From Patescibacteria group bacterium (GTDB lineage: Bacteria; Patescibacteriota; Patescibacteriia; JAHIZJ01): a stretch of DNA of 64,000 bases. Each line of letters begins with the position of its first letter. The stretch's first letter is position 1. The position numbers and the translations under genes were made by a program. Below, in pieces: positions 17,397 through 26,086 of the stretch. The notes beneath the pieces are model-generated. The model saw nothing but the letters and a program-made list of their open reading frames with translations, did no database searches and was not told where the DNA came from. The stretch is taken from NCBI GenBank assembly GCA_041661625.1, contig JBAZUB010000003.1, positions 69,004-133,003 on the forward strand. Reading direction: 5' to 3'.

Positions 17397-18176
17397 ATGG
17401 CGAGAATTATTTCCATAGTCAATCAGAAAGGCGGAGTCGGAAAAACCACCACCGCGATCAACCTGGGTGCCAGCCTGGCGGCCCAAGGTAAATACGTTTT
17501 GTTGGTCGATATTGACCCGCAAGCCAATGCCACCAGCGGTCTGGGGATCAACCATCGGGAATTGCCGCACGGCATTTACGAAACTCTGGTGTCGCCGCTA
17601 TCGATCCGAGAGGTCATCAAAGACACCAATATTTACGGGTATAGCATCGCGCCCTCGACCATGTCGCTGGCCGGCGCCACGGTCGAGCTGGTGGATTTAC
17701 CCCGCCGGGAGCATCTTTTGGCCGATAATTTGAAGGAAGTAATTCACGATTACGACTATATTCTGATAGATAATCCTCCCTCACTTGGTTTATTGACCAT
17801 CAATGGCTTGGTAGCCTCCAACGAGGTGTTAATCCCGGTGCAATGCGAGTATTACGCGCTGGAGGGCTTGAGCCAGCTGATGAACACGATTAATCTGGTG
17901 CGGGACAATTTACAGCCCGATTTGAAGATTCTGGGAGCCATCATGACGATGTATGATCCGCGGTACAAGCTGACCCAGGCGGTAATGGACGAACTCTATA
18001 AGTTTTTCCCAAATCGGATATTTCGCTCGGTGATACCGCGCAATATTAAGCTGGCCGAGGCGCCCAGCCACGGCCGTTCGATCCGGGAATACGCTCGGCA
18101 TTCTCGAGCCGACAAGGCCTATGAACGTTTGGGCCGTGAATTAATTGATACAGAAACTAATACTAAACTATCATGA
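17397..18176 (+). CDS. parA: ParA/Soj chromosome-partitioning ATPase
   Basis: KGGVGKTTTAINLGASLA deviant Walker A. 259 aa. Confidence 0.9.
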   Translation: MARIISIVNQKGGVGKTTTAINLGASLAAQGKYVLLVDIDPQANATSGLGINHRELPHGIYETLVSPLSIREVIKDTNIYGYSIAPSTMSLAGATVELVDLPRREHLLADNLKEVIHDYDYILIDNPPSLGLLTINGLVASNEVLIPVQCEYYALEGLSQLMNTINLVRDNLQPDLKILGAIMTMYDPRYKLTQAVMDELYKFFPNRIFRSVIPRNIKLAEAPSHGRSIREYARHSRADKAYERLGRELIDTETNTKLS

Positions 18177-19030
18177 GTAATTTTCAAGGATTGGGACGGG
18201 GATTGGGTTCGTTGATTCCGGGAGCCGGAAACAACTCAGTATCGGTTAACGGCATAAAAGGCAAAGAAGTGGCCGAGATACCCCTTGAACAGATTGAGGC
18301 TAATTCCCGCCAACCGCGGGCAAAAATCGAGCGTCACGAGCTGGAGGATTTGATGAATTCCATCAAGGAACATGGTATACTTCAGCCGGTACTGGTTACC
18401 CCGACCAAATCGGGTTACCAGCTGATCGCGGGCGAACGGCGGTTCCAATCGGCTAAAATACTGGGTATGAAGACTATTCCGGCCATTGTCCGGCCGGTGG
18501 ACGAACTGGAAAAGCTGGAATTAGCCCTGATTGAGAACGTTCAGCGCCAGGACCTCAACGCCCTGGATCGGGCACGGGCGTACCAGCAGCTGGTCGACGA
18601 ATTCGGGTTGACCCAGGAGGAAGTGGCCAAAAAGATCGGTTTCAGCCGCAGTCAGATCACGAACACACTCCGGCTGCTGACCTTGCCGGCCGAAGTGCAG
18701 CAGGCGATTGCCGAGCACAAAATCACCGAAGGCCACGCCAAAGCCTTATTAGCCCTGGATTCACCGGCGGAACAGATCGCCTACTTGAAAAAGATTGTCG
18801 TCAACGAGTTATCAGTCCGGGATGTCGAGATGCAGGTGCGCCAGATTCAGTCTCGAACCAAAGCCCGCCGGCCATCGACTGACCCGGAGGTGGCTCAACA
18901 CGAACAGGCAATAGCGGATGTGCTGGGCACAAAGGTTAAAATCCGGCGCCGAGCCGGACGGGGACAGCTGACCATTGAGTTTTATTCCGATGAAGAATAC
19001 AAAGCTTTAATAGATAAACTGACTAAATAA
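18173..19030 (+). CDS. parB: ParB/Spo0J
   Basis: GILQPVLV, GERRFQSAKILG, HTH region. 4-nt overlap with parA. Confidence 0.9.
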   Translation: MSNFQGLGRGLGSLIPGAGNNSVSVNGIKGKEVAEIPLEQIEANSRQPRAKIERHELEDLMNSIKEHGILQPVLVTPTKSGYQLIAGERRFQSAKILGMKTIPAIVRPVDELEKLELALIENVQRQDLNALDRARAYQQLVDEFGLTQEEVAKKIGFSRSQITNTLRLLTLPAEVQQAIAEHKITEGHAKALLALDSPAEQIAYLKKIVVNELSVRDVEMQVRQIQSRTKARRPSTDPEVAQHEQAIADVLGTKVKIRRRAGRGQLTIEFYSDEEYKALIDKLTK

Positions 19031-19040
19031 TTAAGCACCT

Positions 19041-21386
19041 ATGGACGAACACACTCAGAATCTGGGGGGAACCGCGAGCGAAACAAACAAACCAAAGTCA
19101 TCATCGGGTTGGTTAAAATGTATTTCATTGTGGTCGGTATGGGCGGCTATTTTTCTGATACCGCTGTTCTTTTTACCGTCCACGGCTAATCCATTCGATC
19201 AGAACAAGGCGCTGCTTTTCGGCATTCTGACAGTCATTGCCGCCTTGGCTTGGCTCGGTCGAATAGTGTTTTACCGTACGGGCAGTTTCGTACGCACGCC
19301 GCTCGATCTGCCGATTATGATTTTCGGCCTGTTATATGCCGTTACCACGTTTTTTTCCAAGAACTGGTACGCCAGCTTAGTCGGCCAGACCGGCTATGTG
19401 CACAATTCGACCATTGTGGTGCTGATGTTAATCATTTGGTATTTCCTGCTGACGAATTTAATCAATTCGAAGGAGCGGTTGCGGCGCGCTATTGAAATAC
19501 TGCTATCATCTGGTTTCGTCGTGTCGGTGTTGGCTCTGATATATATGCTGGGCGGGCGAATACTGCATTGGGACTTCATGCAAAGCAATAGTTTCAATAC
19601 CGTTTTCAATTCCAATATTATCCTGGGACTGTTTTTGATATCGCTAGTGCCATTCCAGCTAATCTGGCTGGTGACGCGTCGGCAGAATATCTGGCGCTGG
19701 TTCCTAGTGGCCTCATTATTGGCTGAAACGGCCGCATTTGTCCTGATTGACGCGAATGAGGTTTGGTATGCTCTGATTGGTGTATTGGTGGTGGTGATGG
19801 CCGCGATGATAGTACGCACGGGAAAATTCGACCCGCGCTGGGTGATATTACCCACGATCATGTTGATCATCTCGCTGTTGCTCGTGTTCATCGATGCCAG
19901 CTCACTGACCAAGCACAGCCTGCCTTCCGATATTATTCTCGATCAGGGCTCCTCGGCTAAGATAGCTGGTTCGGTATTATCAAAGGCGCCACTCTATGGT
20001 ACCGGGCCGGGACTGTTTTCATACGCTTTCAACGCCTATCGTCCCGTCAGTTTCAATAATACCAGTTATTGGAGTCTCGGGTTTATCAAAGGCGGCAGCG
20101 AGTTCTGGCAGATGCTGGTGACAACCGGCGTAATTGCTACCGGCGTGTATATTCTAGTAGCGCTGATATTTCTAATATCAATAGGTCGGAAACTATGGCG
20201 CGAACGTTCCGCGAACGAAGACTGGTTGAATCAAGCGGCGCCGTATATTGCCTGGCTGGTGCTACTCGCCTTTGGATTCTACTACCCGTACAGTTTTGTG
20301 TTGGCGTTTCTGTTTTGGACGTATTTGGCACTGGGTATGCGGCACAATGGAATGGCCAAAGATTCAGTGGCACAAACGGCAGCCAGCAACACCACCAGCT
20401 TGGTCAGCTCGCTGGCCTTCTCGGTAGTAGCTGTTCTATCGGTGGCCTTCGTGTACTACGGCATTAGGCTCTGGATGGGCGACTATCATTATGCCCGCGG
20501 TAATGCCGATCTCAATGCCGGCCAATACCAATCAGCCCAAAAGGAGTATAGCAAAGCAATCGACAACATCAGCCGCCGGCCGGAATATTACTTCGGCTTG
20601 GCTCAGTCGTATATCGAAGAAGTTACCGCCTCAAACACAACCGATCAGGCGGAGATTGCTAAATTACGGGATAAAGTCACCGCTGCCATCGCGGCCGGTA
20701 ATAGCGGCATTGACGTCGATCAGAATAATGTCAGTTCGTATCAGGCTATGGTGGGCGTGTACCAGCAGCTCAATGGATTCTCCCAACCGAGTCAAAAGAC
20801 CGTTGTCGAGCTGTATGACAAATTGATGGCCAAGAATCCAAATAACCCGCTGGTTTGGTTGGGTTCGGGCGACGCCTTAGTGGCGTATGGTCAGGTATTG
20901 GAACAAAATATGCCTAAAGACGACGAGACCCTGAAATCTCAATATCAGACCGAAGCGCAAAAAGCCTATACGACGGCGGCTGATCGCTATCAACGAGCCG
21001 GTGAATTGAAGCCCGATTACCAGACCGCCTTGCTCAGAAAAGCCGCCTTACCGGAGCTGACCGGCGATGACGATCTGACCTTGACCCAGGTTGGCGAATT
21101 CTTGAAGAAATATCCAAACAATATTGACGCCCAGTACGAAATGTCCCAGCTTTATCTCAAAAAAGGCGATAAAGCCAAAGCCAAAGAATATTTAGTAGCG
21201 GTATTGAATCTGAATCCACAACACGCCAATGCCGGCTATCAGCTGGGCAGCATCGTCATGGAAGAGGGCGACAAAGAAACCGCCAAGGCGCTGTTTACGC
21301 GGGTATTCATCAACAATCAAACCAATCAACAAGTACGCGACAAGCTGACGGCGCTGGGTGTGAACCCCGACGATTTGCTCAAGTAA
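19041..21386 (+). CDS. Polytopic membrane protein (O-antigen-ligase/Wzy-like) with C-terminal TPR repeats
   Basis: More than 10 TM helices, then Y/A/L-rich TPR-like repeats (YYFGLAQSY, AYGQVLEQ, LYLKKGDKAKAKEYL). Confidence 0.5.
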   Translation: MDEHTQNLGGTASETNKPKSSSGWLKCISLWSVWAAIFLIPLFFLPSTANPFDQNKALLFGILTVIAALAWLGRIVFYRTGSFVRTPLDLPIMIFGLLYAVTTFFSKNWYASLVGQTGYVHNSTIVVLMLIIWYFLLTNLINSKERLRRAIEILLSSGFVVSVLALIYMLGGRILHWDFMQSNSFNTVFNSNIILGLFLISLVPFQLIWLVTRRQNIWRWFLVASLLAETAAFVLIDANEVWYALIGVLVVVMAAMIVRTGKFDPRWVILPTIMLIISLLLVFIDASSLTKHSLPSDIILDQGSSAKIAGSVLSKAPLYGTGPGLFSYAFNAYRPVSFNNTSYWSLGFIKGGSEFWQMLVTTGVIATGVYILVALIFLISIGRKLWRERSANEDWLNQAAPYIAWLVLLAFGFYYPYSFVLAFLFWTYLALGMRHNGMAKDSVAQTAASNTTSLVSSLAFSVVAVLSVAFVYYGIRLWMGDYHYARGNADLNAGQYQSAQKEYSKAIDNISRRPEYYFGLAQSYIEEVTASNTTDQAEIAKLRDKVTAAIAAGNSGIDVDQNNVSSYQAMVGVYQQLNGFSQPSQKTVVELYDKLMAKNPNNPLVWLGSGDALVAYGQVLEQNMPKDDETLKSQYQTEAQKAYTTAADRYQRAGELKPDYQTALLRKAALPELTGDDDLTLTQVGEFLKKYPNNIDAQYEMSQLYLKKGDKAKAKEYLVAVLNLNPQHANAGYQLGSIVMEEGDKETAKALFTRVFINNQTNQQVRDKLTALGVNPDDLLK

Positions 21387-21410
21387 ACCAAGAAAGAATA
21401 TAGAACCAAA

Positions 21411-21440
21411 GCTCCGTCGTCAGACGGAGCTTTTCGGTAG
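21411..21440. terminator. Bidirectional rho-independent terminator between the convergent membrane-protein gene and topA
   Basis: GCTCCGTC-GTCA-GACGGAGC followed by TTTTCGGTAGTTTT, with an A-rich tract on the other side. Confidence 0.6.
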
Positions 21441-21459
21441 TTTTGAGTGCGATAGTATA

Positions 21460-23697
21460 TTACTCCCTGTCCGTTGATTTAGTGTATTTGCACGTTTTGT
21501 TGCTACAGGCGATCAAACCTTTTTTGCCGAAGACCAGAAGTGATTCGCATTCGGGGCATTTTTCGCCGGTCGGTTTTGACCACAGGGCGAATTTACATTC
21601 CGGATATTTGTTACAGGCGTAAAAGTTACGACCCTGGCGGCTACGTTTCTCAATAATTTCACCTTCGTGGCATTGAGGACAGCTCACGCCCGTTTTCTTT
21701 TCGATATTCTTGATGTATTTACAATCGGGATAACCAGTGCAACCGTAGAATGGCCCAAACCGACCGACCTTCTTTTGCAGCGGTTTACCGCATTCGGGAC
21801 ATTTTTCATCAATGGCTTCAGTAACTTCCACCTGGCCATCTTTGGCCAGCTGTTTGGTGTTTTTGCAATCCGGGTAACCACTACAGGCCAGGAATTTACC
21901 AAACCGGCCGATCTTGATAATCATCGGTTTACCGCACTTGTCGCAAACTTCGTCAGTCTGGCTTTCGGTTAGGTCTTTCTTGGACAATTCCTGCTCTTTC
22001 TGGGCCAGGGTCGCCTTGAACGGCTCGTAGAATTCCTTGATCACCGGCGTCCAAGCCATCTCGCCCTGGGCAATTTTATCCAGATCTTCTTCCATGTGGG
22101 CGGTGAACTTATAATCAACGATATTGCCAAAGTGTGTCACTAAAACGTCATTAACCAGCTGGCCGATCTCGGTAGGCTTGAGGCGTTTCTCCTCCTTTTC
22201 AACATATTTACGCTCCACGATTGTGGAAATAGTCGGGGCGTAAGTCGAGGGGCGTCCGATGCCGTATTCTTCCATCGCTTTGACCAGCCCGGCTTCGGAG
22301 TAGCGGGCGGGCGGCTCAGTAAATTTTTGTTGGGGATCCAGTTTCTCGAGTTTAACTTTTTCCTGGTCCGCCAAAACCGGTAAAATTGCGTCTTTCTGGT
22401 TGGTCTGGTAGATTTTCTGATAGCCGTCGAATACGATCACCGAACCGTTGGCGCGGAATATATCGCCGTTCTTAGTACTGATATCGACGGCGGTCTGCTC
22501 GAAGACGGATTCGGGCATCTGTGATGCTACCGCTCGGCGCCAGATCAGGTCGTACGTTTTCCACAACTTTGGTTCCAGAAACTCTTTGACTGATTCCGGT
22601 GTGCGGCCGACATCCGAGGGACGGATAGCCTCGTGAGCTTCCTGCGCCAGTTGCTGTTTTTTAGCGAAGGTGCGCGGTTCCGGCAGCGCGTACTTATTAC
22701 CCAGTTCCTTAGTTAAGTAATCCTTGGCTTCGTTTAAAAATTTAACCGAGAGATTGACCGAATCGGTTCGCATATAGGTGATCAGACCGACCGAGCCGGC
22801 GCTGCCCAATTGCATACCTTCGTATAACTGCTGGGCAAAATACATGGTTTGGCGTGATGAATAGCCGAAGCGCCGGTTGGCCTCCTGTTGCAGTGTAGAT
22901 GTGGTAAACGGAGGCAGGGGCGAGCGCTTGGCCTGCTTCTTGTCCACTCGGCTGATGTGATATTCGGCCGTCTCAAGACCGGCTACGATTTTCTTAGCTT
23001 CATCGCCCTGCGATAATGAAAACTTATCTAATTTCTTGCCCGCTTGTTGCACCAACCGTCCGGTTATATTTGGTTTGTTGCCATTGATTTTGGAAAACTC
23101 CGCTTCGATCGCCCAGTACTCTTGGGGTTTGAATTTTTCGATTTCCTGCTCGCGATCAACGATCAGACGCAGGGCGACTGATTGCACCCGTCCAGCTGAT
23201 AAGCCCTTGGCCACTTTTTTCCAGAGAAAAGGAGACAGCTCATAGCCCATTAATCGGTCGAGGACGCGCCGAGCTTGTTGGGCATCCACCAGGTTTTGAT
23301 CGATTTTACGAGGGTGGGTAATTGCATCTTTGATCGCCGACTCGGTAATTTCATGAAAGGTGATCCGCTGTACTTTTTCTGACGGGGTATCGAGCAATTG
23401 GGCCAAATGCCAGGTAATCGCCTCGCCTTCGCGATCTTCGTCAGTCGCGAAGTAAATCACAGCGGCTTTTTTGGCGGCTTTTTTCAGTTCAGTCACTTTC
23501 TTGCGGCTTTTGGTCGGAATGACGTATTGCGGCGCGAAATCGTGTTCGATATCAATGCCCATCTTGCTTTTGGGCAGGTCGCGCACGTGGCCGTTGGACG
23601 ATTGAATATCAAAATCTTTCCCGAGAAACCGGGAGATAGTCTTGGCTTTGGTGGGTGATTCGACGATGACGAGATGTTTGGGAATGAGTTTGGGCAT
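21460..23697 (-). CDS. topA: DNA topoisomerase I
   Basis: LVIVESPTKAKTI, TOPRIM and cap domains, C-terminal Zn ribbons (CDKCGKPM, CPECGKPL). Start moved to the ATG at 23697; the track start at 23739 is TTG. Confidence 0.9.
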   Translation of the reverse strand: MPKLIPKHLVIVESPTKAKTISRFLGKDFDIQSSNGHVRDLPKSKMGIDIEHDFAPQYVIPTKSRKKVTELKKAAKKAAVIYFATDEDREGEAITWHLAQLLDTPSEKVQRITFHEITESAIKDAITHPRKIDQNLVDAQQARRVLDRLMGYELSPFLWKKVAKGLSAGRVQSVALRLIVDREQEIEKFKPQEYWAIEAEFSKINGNKPNITGRLVQQAGKKLDKFSLSQGDEAKKIVAGLETAEYHISRVDKKQAKRSPLPPFTTSTLQQEANRRFGYSSRQTMYFAQQLYEGMQLGSAGSVGLITYMRTDSVNLSVKFLNEAKDYLTKELGNKYALPEPRTFAKKQQLAQEAHEAIRPSDVGRTPESVKEFLEPKLWKTYDLIWRRAVASQMPESVFEQTAVDISTKNGDIFRANGSVIVFDGYQKIYQTNQKDAILPVLADQEKVKLEKLDPQQKFTEPPARYSEAGLVKAMEEYGIGRPSTYAPTISTIVERKYVEKEEKRLKPTEIGQLVNDVLVTHFGNIVDYKFTAHMEEDLDKIAQGEMAWTPVIKEFYEPFKATLAQKEQELSKKDLTESQTDEVCDKCGKPMIIKIGRFGKFLACSGYPDCKNTKQLAKDGQVEVTEAIDEKCPECGKPLQKKVGRFGPFYGCTGYPDCKYIKNIEKKTGVSCPQCHEGEIIEKRSRQGRNFYACNKYPECKFALWSKPTGEKCPECESLLVFGKKGLIACSNKTCKYTKSTDRE

Positions 23698-23707
23698 GAT
23701 TCTAAGT

Positions 23708-24817
23708 CTAGATGTTGAGTGTGTAAACGTCGGGTCCAACCGGGCGGATTTTGCCCGAAACCTCTAAAAACGTTAACGTTGAGTTAATGACGCTAATACC
23801 CAGTTTACACTGATCGCTGATTTGGTCAACTGATAGAGGCTGTTGGGCGAGTAATTCGAGTATCACAGCTTCGTCTGGATTGGCTGGAACCGGTGGCGGT
23901 TTTCGCGCATGACCGGTTTGAATGGCTGGTCGGTAATTACCGGTTGCTCGATAAGATTCCCAGATATCTTCCGCACCGGTGACCGGCCGCGCGCCTTGCT
24001 TGATCAGCCGGTTGGGACCGTAAGCATTTGGGGAAAACATATCGCCCGGTACGGCCAGTACATCGCGGTTTTGTTCGAGTGCAAACTGGGCGGTAATCAG
24101 CGCACCCGAATGTTCGGGCGCTTCGACTACCAGCACCGCTTGGCTTAAGCCGGAGATAATCCGATTGCGGGCTGGGAAGTGGTGGCGTAGCGGTTCGCTT
24201 CCCAGAGGATATTCCGATAGAATCAGCCCACTCGACTTGATTATCGCCTCGGCCACGTGGCGGTTTTCAGTTGGGTAAATCTGATCCAAACCACAGCCCA
24301 GCACGGCCCAGGTGCGCAGTTTATTGTCCAATGCGGCTTGGTGCGCCACGGTATCGATGCCCAATGCCAAGCCAGAAACAATAGTCAGGCCAGAGCCGGC
24401 CAGCTGGCTTACTAATTGTTGGGTGGAGCGCCGACCGTACAAAGATGTCTTTCTGGTGCCAACTACACCCAGAAAATTACCGGAGGCGCTTGTTAGATTA
24501 CCGCGATAGTATAGAAGGGTTGGCGGGGCGTATATCTGTTTCAATAACGCCGGATATTCACCTTCATCGGCAGTGACAAAACGACAATCAAACCGTGTCA
24601 ACCGGGTTAATTCAGATACCAGATCAATTTTGCTTCTCTTCTCCACCAACCGACGCGCTGGTTTTGGCGTCAAACCAGCCTGAATCAATTCGGGTTCACT
24701 CGCCGACCAAGCTTGGGCTAGCGAACCAAAGCGCTGTCGCAAAGCGATAATAATATCCAATTGGGTACAGCCGGCCAGCGTTAATGCCAGCCAATACTCA
24801 CGTTCATTGAATGCCAT
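23708..24817 (-). CDS. dprA: DNA-processing protein DprA/Smf
   Basis: IVSGLALGIDTVAHQAAL. Rossmann-like DprA core. Confidence 0.85.
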   Translation of the reverse strand: MAFNEREYWLALTLAGCTQLDIIIALRQRFGSLAQAWSASEPELIQAGLTPKPARRLVEKRSKIDLVSELTRLTRFDCRFVTADEGEYPALLKQIYAPPTLLYYRGNLTSASGNFLGVVGTRKTSLYGRRSTQQLVSQLAGSGLTIVSGLALGIDTVAHQAALDNKLRTWAVLGCGLDQIYPTENRHVAEAIIKSSGLILSEYPLGSEPLRHHFPARNRIISGLSQAVLVVEAPEHSGALITAQFALEQNRDVLAVPGDMFSPNAYGPNRLIKQGARPVTGAEDIWESYRATGNYRPAIQTGHARKPPPVPANPDEAVILELLAQQPLSVDQISDQCKLGISVINSTLTFLEVSGKIRPVGPDVYTLNI

Positions 24818-25193
24818 AAAACAGGGTGAATCACCCTGACGCCACTACTAGTTTAGCAGATTCTACAAAACTGACAAGAAAAATAGAATCAAGATTAGCT
24901 AAACAACATTACGCAAAACGTTGGATTGAAATATTGGCAAACCTTTTCGCGAAAACCTGCCCGCTCGTGTCTCGCAGTGGCAGGCGGGGGTGAAAAGGTG
25001 CTAATATTGGCTTAATAATAGATGGTACCGTTGACATAGTTGAGTGTTTACACTAACATCACATATTCTGGCTCTTTAATAATTCTGGCAGTCTTAGCCA
25101 ATAGCGTTTGATAACATCAAGGGTTACTGGCTATGACTGCCACAAAAGTGGTGGCCCTCTGGCAATGTGTTCAAAACCCAAAGGAGGCCAGCC

Positions 25194-25844
25194 ATGTCGA
25201 GAACCAAGTCGTGCGCTAAGAGTGGGACTGTGGAGGTTGGGTTGGAGGTTCTTTCTTTCCATAGAGTTTGTAAAGTGATAAACAACCTGAACAAGAGGCT
25301 TGAAGGCATGGTGGGGCCAGTGTGGCTCCGCGCGCTTGAGGAATTACTCCTTCAAAACCCATGTATCAACATTCAAACGACAATGACCGTCGAGATAGTC
25401 ACCGACGGGCGGGATGGTAAACAGGCCGTCGAAAACCTGGAGCGGGGTGGCTATCAAGTGGAGGAGGAAGTGAAGGAACTTATTCGTGGTGGTGTGTTCT
25501 CCGCCACGGTTGGCAAGACCTACAAGCTCGCCGTGGTTTACAGCGAAGAAGGCGCCACCAACCAGAACATAAGAGCCAAGGCAGCCGCTCGTGGTTACCT
25601 CACGCCACCGATGGAGCTCGCGTCTTACTTGCGCGAGTTATTCACGAACGCGGATCTTATGCTGATGGGCGTCTGGGATCTCGTCCTTATGCACGAGCCC
25701 GTCGCCCATTCGAGCGGCTGCCCGGTTATGCTCGGTGTCAACCGTCATGGCGGTGATCGTACGCTGGGCACCTACCTTGGTCGTCCTGGCGGCAAGTGTG
25801 ACGATGAGGTTGCTTGCCTATTCCTTGTCCCAAGTGACGAGTAA
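25194..25844 (+). CDS. Orphan hypothetical protein (216 aa), GC-richer than the surrounding chromosome
   Basis: Strong SD AAAGGAGG 7 nt before the ATG at 25194. A terminator follows. No recognisable motif. Confidence 0.5.
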   Translation: MSRTKSCAKSGTVEVGLEVLSFHRVCKVINNLNKRLEGMVGPVWLRALEELLLQNPCINIQTTMTVEIVTDGRDGKQAVENLERGGYQVEEEVKELIRGGVFSATVGKTYKLAVVYSEEGATNQNIRAKAAARGYLTPPMELASYLRELFTNADLMLMGVWDLVLMHEPVAHSSGCPVMLGVNRHGGDRTLGTYLGRPGGKCDDEVACLFLVPSDE

Positions 25845-25867
25845 AGTACTTGGGTTTCGATTCAACG

Positions 25868-25904
25868 ACCCGCACTGGCTACACCGGTGCGGGTTTTCTT
25901 TTTA
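25868..25904 (+). terminator. Rho-independent terminator
   Basis: ACCCGCAC-N11-GTGCGGGT followed by TTTCTTTTT. Confidence 0.7.
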
Positions 25905-25926
25905 TAGTGTAGTCAAAATACTTAAC

Positions 25927-26077
25927 GCAAACCTCCCCCATACTCACCGGCTTATTCAAATAACACAAAGTGGGCTGGTACTACAAACGGTCCTCTCCTT
26001 AATTAAGGAGGGGACGCGTTGGAGTATCATGCTATACTTGAAATTGCTTTAGGGTTTGTGAGTATGGGGGAGGTTTG
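25927..26077. repeat. About 150-bp element bounded by 21-bp perfect inverted repeats (GCAAACCTCCCCCATACTCAC / GTGAGTATGGGGGAGGTTTGC)
   Basis: Arms at 25927-25947 and 26057-26077. An inner palindrome CCTCTCCTTAATTAAGGAGGGG. It lies just 3' of the mfd stop codon. Confidence 0.6.
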
Positions 26078-26086
26078 CGTGTCGGT

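Noticed and set aside
17397-19030. parAB as a plasmid partition system, with the low-GC part being a plasmid
   Set aside because: The flanking genes (topA, dprA, mfd, pth, der, hisS, ftsAZ, prfB) are chromosomal housekeeping genes, so chromosomal soj/spo0J near the origin is more likely.
19250-20826. Several 65-170-aa ORFs inside the 19041-21386 gene on both strands
   Set aside because: They are nested within a long ORF encoding a coherent polytopic membrane protein with TPR repeats.
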